From contig JAINCQ010000018.1 in assembly GCA_036574205.1 (NCBI GenBank), positions 32,001 to 96,000 of the forward strand: a DNA stretch of 64,000 nt. Reading direction: 5' to 3'. The position numbers were made by a program, and so were the translations under genes. Every line of letters begins with the position of its first letter. Position 1 is the stretch's first letter. Under the pieces are notes generated by a model. The model saw only the letters and a list, made by a program, of their open reading frames with translations, searched no databases and was not told where the DNA came from. Positions 30,567 to 38,220 of this stretch are shown piece by piece. This stretch comes from Elusimicrobiota bacterium (GTDB taxonomy: Bacteria; Elusimicrobiota; Elusimicrobia; Elusimicrobiales; UBA9959).

Positions 30567-32619
30567 ATTCCTCTTTTTTAAAAATACCCCTTATAAAAAT
30601 GAAATTAAGTAAAATCCAAAAGATAAATATGGAAGGCATGGTATGGCGAATATATTTTTGGTAGAAAAGTAATAATGTTTCCTTAAAATATTTTTTAGAG
30701 ACTTCAAATCTAATTTTATTGATATCAGGCTCTTTAAGTTTAGCAATCTCAATTCTTATATTCTCTTTTATTTTTTCTTCTATATCATCATAAGTTTCTG
30801 AATTAGTTTCTATATTAGAAAGATTTAGATAAAATCTTTCACGTACCTCAAGAGCTATCTTTTCTTTTTCTTTTTTATATCTTGCAATTTCTTGTTCGTA
30901 TTGCTGTTTTGAGTTATTGTTTATATACCCATCTTTTGATGCTATGATCATATAAAATGCCAGAATTAAATAGATGAAAAATATGAGATTTTTTTTCATA
31001 ATAAAAATATGAGTTACTCCGTAAATTATAGCGGAGGAAATAGCAAGGTAAAAAATGCGAGAATTAATATCTATATTAAGAGTAAATGCTATTGTTTTCC
31101 AGAACATAAAAATAGATAAAAGAAGTAATAATATAGAAATAGTTTTTAATGTCATTGAATTTTGCTGGGTTGAAAGACTATGAGATGTTAAAACAATAGC
31201 GAAAGAGAGTATAAACATATTATCTTTTCCAAAGCGAATAGATTTTATTATATAGACTAATCTATCCATAAATCCTTGTATTTGAGGAGTATAATTTATT
31301 CCATTAAAAGCAATAGTAATAAAAGAAATAAAGAGTATGAAAAAATACAACAATGGATAAGTTATTTTCTCAGTTCTTAGGAAAAGATAGGCAAACAAAA
31401 TCCCAAGCGCCAGAAAAATCAGCGAGTATGGTTTTATGGTTATAGATTTTAAAATAGATAAATAACTTTCTGATGAATTTATTGTTGTAAATATAGTCAA
31501 AAATGCAAATGAAAACATACTATAAAATATATGGTGCACTGATTTAGTAAGTTTAAAAACAAATAGCGATTGAAGTTTTGGATGAATTGTCTTTTTCTGG
31601 GGTTCGCTTTTTAAGTTTTTTATTTCTTCATTTTTATCAGCTGAAACTGTTTCATTTTTTTTGATTTCTATTTCCCCTATAAAGCTTTCAGATTGAGTAG
31701 TTTTATTATTTTTTTGAACTGCCGTTTGATTTTTTGAGAGTTCATCAAGGTCATATTCAGATTCGGAAGATATTATAATATTCTCATAATTTTTACTTTT
31801 ATACTTTTCTATTTCCTCTCTCACCTCTTTTGCGCTTTGATATCTGTCATCTGGATTTTTTCTCATCAGTTTTTCTATTATCTTTACCGTCCATATTGGA
31901 AGATCTGGTTTTATAAGGTATAAATTTGGAATCGGGTCATTTATATGTTTGTTTATTACTTCTATTGAAGTTTTTCCGTCATAAGGATATTTGCCAGTAA
32001 GCATATAAAAATAGGTGGCTCCAACGGAGTAAAGGTCTGCCCTTTGATCTACCCGTTTGCCAAGCCCTTGTTCTGGCGACATAAAATAAGCCGTTCCTAT
32101 CATTTCCCCCGTTATAGTTAACTGCTTTTCTTCAACTACTCTTCTTGCAAGTCCAAAGTCTATTATTCTTGGGACTCCCTCATTGTTTATTATAATATTA
32201 GAAGGCTTTATATCCCTATGTATTATATTTTTTGAATGAGCGTGTTCAAGTCCGCGCAAAACACCGATGATTATATCAGAGGCTTGAGGAACTGTGAATG
32301 TCCCTTTTTCTTTTATTATTTGATCTATGCTTTTCCCTTCAACATAAGACATTACTATGTAGTAATTGCCTTTTTCTTTGCCGTAATCGTAGATATGTAC
32401 AGTGTTTGGATGATCCAGCTGTTTTGAAATTTCAGCTTCTCTTAGAAAAAAGTCAATATTTCTGGGGTCAGCTTCTAATTCCTTTGATAGTAGTTTTACA
32501 CATACTACTTTATTTAGCGTAATGCTATGCGCCTTATAAACAACTCCCATCCCCCCTTGGCCGATCTTTTCAAGAATTAAACAATTGGCAAAGGTTTTTC
32601 TTATCAAATCATCATTCAT
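30556..32619 (-). CDS. Hanks-type Ser/Thr kinase with multi-pass membrane C-terminus
   Basis: IGQGGMGVVYKA, HRDIKPSN, DFG, GT..FMSPE; several TM helices, no PASTA repeats. Confidence 0.94.
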   Translation of the reverse strand: MNDDLIRKTFANCLILEKIGQGGMGVVYKAHSITLNKVVCVKLLSKELEADPRNIDFFLREAEISKQLDHPNTVHIYDYGKEKGNYYIVMSYVEGKSIDQIIKEKGTFTVPQASDIIIGVLRGLEHAHSKNIIHRDIKPSNIIINNEGVPRIIDFGLARRVVEEKQLTITGEMIGTAYFMSPEQGLGKRVDQRADLYSVGATYFYMLTGKYPYDGKTSIEVINKHINDPIPNLYLIKPDLPIWTVKIIEKLMRKNPDDRYQSAKEVREEIEKYKSKNYENIIISSESEYDLDELSKNQTAVQKNNKTTQSESFIGEIEIKKNETVSADKNEEIKNLKSEPQKKTIHPKLQSLFVFKLTKSVHHIFYSMFSFAFLTIFTTINSSESYLSILKSITIKPYSLIFLALGILFAYLFLRTEKITYPLLYFFILFISFITIAFNGINYTPQIQGFMDRLVYIIKSIRFGKDNMFILSFAIVLTSHSLSTQQNSMTLKTISILLLLLSIFMFWKTIAFTLNIDINSRIFYLAISSAIIYGVTHIFIMKKNLIFFIYLILAFYMIIASKDGYINNNSKQQYEQEIARYKKEKEKIALEVRERFYLNLSNIETNSETYDDIEEKIKENIRIEIAKLKEPDINKIRFEVSKKYFKETLLLFYQKYIRHTMPSIFIFWILLNFIFIRGIFKKEEYEI

Positions 32620-33589
32620 TTAATCTTCTGTCCTTATGATATATGCTTTTATTCTTTTCTGGTCTTGATTTAAGAAATCTTTTAATTTCAAATGCTTTTT
32701 CTATTATTTTTGCATAATGGATATCTCTTACTACATTTACAATTGCTATTGAAAGGGTCATAATAGGAAATCTTCTGACATTATTCATCCTGTCGGTAGT
32801 CGTTATGAAACCTGCTTTTCTATGATTTTCATCATAGTATAATGGTATTTCTGAGTCAAACCTTGAAGTAATTTCTTCAGAGATTTTTCCAATTTTTTCA
32901 ACAGGAGCTATTACCACAAAATCATCTCCACCTATATGCCCGATAAAGTAATCATCTGGAGAGTTGCGCTTGAGAGCTTCAATTATAATTTTAGAAAGAA
33001 ATTTTATTATACTATCTCCTTTAGGATATCCATAAACGTCATTATATGCTTTGAAGTTATCAATATCAATATAGGCAAAAGCAAAATTGGGATTTAAAGA
33101 AACCTTTTTTTTTGTATACTCTTCTATCAAAGGACTACCGGGAAGTTTTGTAAGCGGATTTAAAGAAGAATCGTTTTCTTTTCTTTTGAGTATCCTTTTA
33201 ATCCTTACTCTAAGCTCTCTTACATCAAAAGGTTTGTTGATATAATCATCCGCCCCTATTTCTATTGTTTTTATTTTTGAATCTACTTCAGATACGCCGG
33301 TTAGTATTATTATCGGTATATCGCTTAAAACCTGATTTTCTCTTATTTTCTTGCATAGCTCATATCCATCTATATCTGGAAGTTTTAAGTCAAGAAGTAT
33401 AAGAGATGGTTTAGGTTTTTTTATAAGATATGAAAGAAGTTCTCTCCCATTTAATAAAGTAACCACATTGTAATTAAGGTTTTTCAATATAACAGAAACA
33501 AGAAGCCCTACATTTGGGTCATCATCAACCACCACTATGGTCTTTGTTTCTTCGTTCAACACTCCCCCTTTATTATGTTTATCAATCAA
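32612..33589 (-). CDS. Response regulator receiver - GGDEF diguanylate cyclase
   Basis: VDDD, LLDLKLPDIDG, KPF; LT.LP, DIDNFK.YND.YG, GHIGGDDF; start could be the TTG after GGGGGAG (MNEETK). Confidence 0.92.
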   Translation of the reverse strand: MIDKHNKGGVLNEETKTIVVVDDDPNVGLLVSVILKNLNYNVVTLLNGRELLSYLIKKPKPSLILLDLKLPDIDGYELCKKIRENQVLSDIPIIILTGVSEVDSKIKTIEIGADDYINKPFDVRELRVRIKRILKRKENDSSLNPLTKLPGSPLIEEYTKKKVSLNPNFAFAYIDIDNFKAYNDVYGYPKGDSIIKFLSKIIIEALKRNSPDDYFIGHIGGDDFVVIAPVEKIGKISEEITSRFDSEIPLYYDENHRKAGFITTTDRMNNVRRFPIMTLSIAIVNVVRDIHYAKIIEKAFEIKRFLKSRPEKNKSIYHKDRRLNE

Positions 33590-33652
33590 ATTATATTTTA
33601 CTATTTATCTTACTATTTATTATAAAAAAAATATATAAAAAAAGCAATTAAT

Positions 33653-33741
33653 TGTAAGATATCTATACATACCTGTCTGCGTGCCTGCCTGAGCGAAGAC
33701 CCTCGCAGTCAGGCGAACACGCACAGGCAGGTTGGAGTTTT
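33653..33741. repeat. Nested-hairpin REP/MITE-like repeat, copy 1 of 3
   Basis: ACCTGTCTGCGTG-GCCTGA-GCGA...TCGC-TCAGGC-CACGCACAGGCAGGT; near-identical at 49358-49463 and 61658-61756. Confidence 0.9.
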
Positions 33742-33904
33742 CATAATTTTTAAATTGTTCATCTAAAAACCAATTTATTAGTGTTTTTCCGATTCAGTTA
33801 TTTATGGCGTTTTTCAATACCATAACATATAATCCATAAGCCCTATCATTTAAACTCTATTATTACCTTTCTGGACAGTTTACTCTCTTCCCATTTTAAT
33901 ATAT

Positions 33905-34053
33905 CCCCTCTCCTTTTTTGTAGAGGGTTAGGGTGAGGAGATTTCACCCTCACCTTAATCCTCTCCCATCAAGGGAGAGGAAAATTAAGTGTCAATAAGG
34001 GAATTTAATTTTTTCACCCTTATCCTTCACCTTCCCCCATCAAGGGGAAAGGG
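33905..34053. repeat. Cluster of CACCCTCA..CCTCTCCC/GGGAGAGG-type REP-like hairpins
   Basis: CCTCTCCC-ATCAA-GGGAGAGG and CCTTCCCC-CATCAA-GGGGAAAGG; related units at 49455-49610 and 61748-61817. Confidence 0.8.
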
Positions 34054-34105
34054 AGAATTTGATCTTTCCGGAAGGTAAAATTAGGTTTTGTTTGGATTTA
34101 AAAAT

Positions 34106-34225
34106 CATCCACAGTTTAAACACGATCGTGTAAAATCAGTGGATGTTATTCATAAGAAAGTTATATAATTTCTGGTAAATGATTATCCACAGTTTGACCA
34201 CGACCGTGTAAAATTAGTGGATGTT
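34106..34225. repeat. Two ~40-bp imperfect palindromes, 78-bp period
   Basis: ATCCACAGTTT-nnn-CACGAYCGTG-TAAAATYAGTGGATGTT at 34107 and 34185. Confidence 0.8.
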
Positions 34226-34245
34226 GTTTTGAAGGCAAAATACCT

Positions 34246-34271
34246 TAGACTGACCGCCTCGGTCAGTCCGG
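34246..34271. repeat. Short REP-like hairpin (second copy 61845-61871)
   Basis: GACTGACCG-CCT-CGGTCAGTC; the other copy read on the minus strand begins GTAG. Confidence 0.7.
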
Positions 34272-34393
34272 TATTGGAGATCTACAACAAATTTACAAAT
34301 ATTATTCTACGGATCCAGCAGCATTAAAAATCTGTTCAATATGTTTCTGATATTTTGCATAAAAAAATCTGGTTGTTTAAATCAAGCTTGTAT

Positions 34394-34445
34394 AAAAAAA
34401 AGGAGGGCTGCCTTTTGGGGGGTAGGTGAGGGAGGCAGCCCTGCT
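34394..34445 (-). ncRNA. Candidate ~50-nt single-hairpin sRNA with C-rich loop
   Basis: 10-bp stem AGGGCTGCCT/AGGCAGCCCT, 19-nt loop CCCTCACCTACCCCCCAAA, then CC and T8; starts just downstream of a consensus promoter. Confidence 0.55.
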
Positions 34446-34450
34446 ATGTA

Positions 34451-34478
34451 ATTTTAGCATCAATATTGATTTTGTCAA
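34451..34478 (-). promoter_or_regulatory. sigma70-type promoter with extended -10
   Basis: TTGACA (34478-34473)-16 nt-TAAAAT (34456-34451), preceded by TGn. Confidence 0.7.
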
Positions 34479-34571
34479 GGGTCTTATGTTACAAAAGTTA
34501 CATATATCTTAGTGGAAAAATTATATTTGTAAAGATAATTGCCTGAGCAGTTATGTGCTATAATTGATTTA

Positions 34572-35513
34572 ATGAGGATAGTTAATTTCATTGTGTTGTT
34601 TTTGTGTGTCTTTTTTTTATATTGGTTTTTTGGAAAAATATTTTCCGATTTTTATTCAATAGACTACAGCTTTATTTCCAGGATGATAGAAGAAAGAAAA
34701 AGCGAGGTAGCCTTAAAGTATATTAATTTATGTCTTTCTAAATATAAAGATGATGGATCTCTGTATTATGAAAAAGCCAGAGCATTAATGCTTGAAAAAA
34801 AATATGATGAGGCTCTTTCAAACCTTGAAAATTCAATAGCTCTTGGTTTTCCTCTTGTTTCATCTTATAACTTAAAAGCCGTAATCTATGGAAGTTATAA
34901 AAATGATTATAAAATGCAAAAATATTTTTCATCAAAGGCGATAGAAATAGATCCTACAGATTATGAGGCGTATTTGATAAGGGCAAGAGCCTCTTATTTT
35001 CTTGACGATTATGAAAACTCAATTAAAGATTTTGAGATTGCTTATAATCTTACAAATGATGATAATATCCTTTTTGAAAAAACGGCAGTTTTGTTGGAAT
35101 CTGGAAAAATAAAGGAAGCTATTGAAATACTCTATAACCTGAATAAAAAATATCCTGATGATAATTCTATCCTCTATAGACTTTTTCTTGCTTATAGAGA
35201 TGGAGGATATTATAACAATGCCCTTTACATAATAAACAGGCTTGTGGATAGAGAAAAAAGTTCTTTTTATCTAAAAGAAAAATCTAAAATGCTTTATACA
35301 ATGGGAGATTATTGTTCTTCAGCTTTAAATTATTACAGTGTAGTTAATTCTAGCTCTGCAAATGCCGATGATTTTTATTTTTATTCTCTTTTAATGTATA
35401 AAAATTTGAAGTTAAAAGAAGCTCTTGATTATATTAAAAGAGCGGAAAAGAAGAAAAAAGATGAAAAATATCTCAAGTTGAAGGAAAAGATAATAAAACA
35501 AATGAATAAATGA
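34572..35513 (+). CDS. Membrane-anchored TPR protein
   Basis: N-terminal TM and multiple TPR-like repeats; ATG 34572 preferred over TTG 34539. Confidence 0.8.
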   Translation: MRIVNFIVLFLCVFFLYWFFGKIFSDFYSIDYSFISRMIEERKSEVALKYINLCLSKYKDDGSLYYEKARALMLEKKYDEALSNLENSIALGFPLVSSYNLKAVIYGSYKNDYKMQKYFSSKAIEIDPTDYEAYLIRARASYFLDDYENSIKDFEIAYNLTNDDNILFEKTAVLLESGKIKEAIEILYNLNKKYPDDNSILYRLFLAYRDGGYYNNALYIINRLVDREKSSFYLKEKSKMLYTMGDYCSSALNYYSVVNSSSANADDFYFYSLLMYKNLKLKEALDYIKRAEKKKKDEKYLKLKEKIIKQMNK

Positions 35514-35595
35514 TTTTTAAATACTATTTCAAAATGTTGTTATTTTATATTGTTGTAACTTATTTAAATTAAAGATTGTTAAAAAAAATCTCTGG

Positions 35596-36462
35596 CTACT
35601 GCTTTTGTTTTGTTATCCTTGGAAAAAATGAGTATCTGAAATTAAAAGTGCCTAAGTATTCATATCCTCCGTTATATTTAAGATATGAAATCTGAAAGTT
35701 TAATTTTAAAAGAGTACCTAATTGCAAATTTATAAGTTTTGGACTCATACTTGAGCCCTGAGGTACTATAGCCTCAATACCTAATATATTCTTGTTTTTT
35801 GCGATATACATCATTCCAAAAAAAAGTGTAGATTTGGATATATAGGGATGATGATTTAAAGTTAGTTCAATGGCTTTATCAGAAAGAAATTCTGAAGTCT
35901 GGTATATAAATCTTGAAAAATCTCCGTCAGAGTATCCCGCATTTAATATAAATTTGTTGGCAAATTGTTTGGAGATAACAAAGTAGAGCGATGAATATGT
36001 GTTTGTATTATCGCTGTCCACTTTAAATGATGCCCCTGGTCTATTTAAAGATGGCTGGGGAGAATCTCTAAAAGTAAAGATCCCTTTAAAGCCGGTTGCA
36101 AGCGAGGGTAGATATTTAGTTTCTCTTTCTATTAAAAGCTTTCCATCTGTCTCAAAATACCAGATCCCAATTCTATCAAGATAATTTTTTTTGTCTATTG
36201 TCCAATCGAGAGAATTTTTGCCATAAAGTCTTCCTATATAATATGCCGCATTAAAATCTATAGAGGGACCTATCTCATTAATACCATTGGATCTATAGGC
36301 TGTTGGGGTCAGAACTATACCACTTATTGAGACCTGTTTTGGTAGAACTTCCCATCTTTTTTCTTCTGAAACAGATGTTTCGCTGCTTATATTAATTTCC
36401 TGTGAATTGGTATATTGAAAAACAAAAAAATATGTTATTGCTGTTAATATTAATTTTTTCAT
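35596..36462 (-). CDS. Hypothetical exported protein, possibly outer-membrane beta-strand protein
   Basis: MKK signal peptide; amphipathic aromatic beta-strand pattern; family not recognised. Confidence 0.6.
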   Translation of the reverse strand: MKKLILTAITYFFVFQYTNSQEINISSETSVSEEKRWEVLPKQVSISGIVLTPTAYRSNGINEIGPSIDFNAAYYIGRLYGKNSLDWTIDKKNYLDRIGIWYFETDGKLLIERETKYLPSLATGFKGIFTFRDSPQPSLNRPGASFKVDSDNTNTYSSLYFVISKQFANKFILNAGYSDGDFSRFIYQTSEFLSDKAIELTLNHHPYISKSTLFFGMMYIAKNKNILGIEAIVPQGSSMSPKLINLQLGTLLKLNFQISYLKYNGGYEYLGTFNFRYSFFPRITKQKQ

Positions 36463-36469
36463 AATAAAA

Positions 36470-36940
36470 TTATACTAAAAAACATAAGGATAAAAACATA
36501 ACAAAACTGGCATATAACCCTGCTACTATATCATCTATAACTATTGAAAATCCTCTAAAATTTATATTTTCCAGTTTTTTTATTGGCCACGGTTTTATAG
36601 TATCGAAAATTCTAAAAAATACAAAAAGTGAAATAGCATTTATTATATTTTTTTCGAAAAACAAAAAACACCACCAGTATCCGCATATTTCATCGATAAC
36701 TATAAGAGGATTGTCTTTTTCACCACTTAAGATAAAAGCATTATGAGAGATATAAATGGCAAAAAGAGTAAAAACAATCAAAAATAATAAATTATTTTTC
36801 TCTGGCGTTAATGGAAGCAGGATAAATGCCAGAAGTGTTCCAAATAGACCACATCCCCTGAACTTTGATTCTCGTTTTGAAAAATATGATGGTATTTTGC
36901 TTATATAAAATCCGCTTGCTATAAAATCAACTACCCTCAA
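36470..36940 (-). CDS. pgpA: Phosphatidylglycerophosphatase A
   Basis: IVIDEICG, FRIFDTIKPWPI, IVIDDIVAG. Confidence 0.93.
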   Translation of the reverse strand: MRVVDFIASGFYISKIPSYFSKRESKFRGCGLFGTLLAFILLPLTPEKNNLLFLIVFTLFAIYISHNAFILSGEKDNPLIVIDEICGYWWCFLFFEKNIINAISLFVFFRIFDTIKPWPIKKLENINFRGFSIVIDDIVAGLYASFVMFLSLCFLV

Positions 36941-37557
36941 TTTCCCTCTTCTTTTTTAGGGGGAATATCATTTCCCCATTGTCTTTTTATCATCTTATAA
37001 TGGTTTAGGACATATATTATTCCGCTTATCATGGTAATAGTTGCAGTTATTAACATAAGAATTGATGGAAGTGTATGTAATTTAGCTATAATACGTTCAA
37101 GATTGGTATTGGAATGGGAGAGATTTTTGATTATTAGATATATAAGAATTAGATATATGGATATAAATTGAAAGAGAGTTTTAAATTTTCCAGATTTTTC
37201 GGCTTTTAAAACAAAATTATCAAGCGCAGCTAAAACCCTTAGAGATGCTACGGTAAGTTCTCTTAGTATTATCAGAAATATAGCAAAGATAGGTATTTGA
37301 AGTTCTTTTATATCAGCAAAAGCTAAATAACATGAAAAAACTACTATTTTATCCGCATATGGATCAACAATAGCTCCAAATTTAGTTGCGGTGTTTGTTT
37401 CTCTGGCTATTTTCCCGTCTATAAAATCGGATATAGAAAGCAAAATCAAAAGTATAAAAGATATTATTAAAAGCGTTATATTATCGTGTTTTATGAAGAA
37501 AAATAAAGTTATTCCAAAAAATGTTCTTGAAAGAGTTATTTTATTCGCAAGGGTCAT
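36937..37557 (-). CDS. pgsA: CDP-diacylglycerol--glycerol-3-phosphate 3-phosphatidyltransferase
   Basis: ANKITLSR, DFIDGKIAR, FGAIVDPYADK, GKFKT..Q. Confidence 0.94.
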   Translation of the reverse strand: MTLANKITLSRTFFGITLFFFIKHDNITLLIISFILLILLSISDFIDGKIARETNTATKFGAIVDPYADKIVVFSCYLAFADIKELQIPIFAIFLIILRELTVASLRVLAALDNFVLKAEKSGKFKTLFQFISIYLILIYLIIKNLSHSNTNLERIIAKLHTLPSILMLITATITMISGIIYVLNHYKMIKRQWGNDIPPKKEEGN

Positions 37558-38210
37558 AGTTTTATAGTGTCATAATTGTTTTCATTTTTATATTCAAATT
37601 CTTCCTTTTTAACTTCAGGATTTATTTCTATATTTTTGAGAATCGTCGTTACAATAGTATCTCCTAAATCCAGTTCGCCTTCAACCGGGAAAAAATTGGA
37701 GTTCAACTTCAATTTTAACTTATATCCTTTATTTTTGGGGGTTATTTTAAGGAGATATCCGGATTCTATTTTTTCACTTTTAACATCCGCTTCTTCAAGC
37801 AAGGATGAATAATTGCCAAATTCAAGAAGCCCTTTTAATTTTGGTTCCAGTCCGCTTTTCCAATTTTTGTAGCTAGTTTTTATGATTTGTTTGTCTTTTG
37901 GTTTCACTATGGTTATATCTTTTTTTGAATTTATTATTATCGTTTGTTCTTGAGGTTGTGAATGAATTATCTTGATATTATCAGGCTTTAAATAAGTTAT
38001 ATTGCCTTTTACTTTTTGTTTTATTTCTGCCACCTTAAATAGAACCTCTTGCTCAAAATCGGATTTTAAGGATTTTAATTTGTTATCAGTTTCTATTAAC
38101 ATCTTTACTACTTCAATCCCTTTATTTTCAAAAGTATTGGTAGAAACTTCATTTTGCGCATTTAGCCAAAAAGGTACAATCAAAAAAAATAGTATTATTA
38201 GTTTATTCAT
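37554..38210 (-). CDS. lolA: Outer-membrane lipoprotein carrier LolA family
   Basis: Signal peptide, SL.SDFEQ, G..TYLKP; directly downstream of ftsK; GGAGGGG RBS before ATG 38210. Confidence 0.82.
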   Translation of the reverse strand: MNKLIILFFLIVPFWLNAQNEVSTNTFENKGIEVVKMLIETDNKLKSLKSDFEQEVLFKVAEIKQKVKGNITYLKPDNIKIIHSQPQEQTIIINSKKDITIVKPKDKQIIKTSYKNWKSGLEPKLKGLLEFGNYSSLLEEADVKSEKIESGYLLKITPKNKGYKLKLKLNSNFFPVEGELDLGDTIVTTILKNIEINPEVKKEEFEYKNENNYDTIKL

Positions 38211-38220
38211 TTCCCCTCCA

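Noticed and set aside
33745..33895. Possible decayed DUF559 endonuclease fragment on the minus strand (CPE..VIIE-like)
   Set aside because: The match is only a few residues and needs frameshifts; not supportable by eye.
33590..34538. Replication origin (long intergenic gap with a TTATCCACA)
   Set aside because: Only one perfect DnaA box, embedded in a palindrome; no dnaA/dnaN/gidA context and no visible skew switch across the gap.
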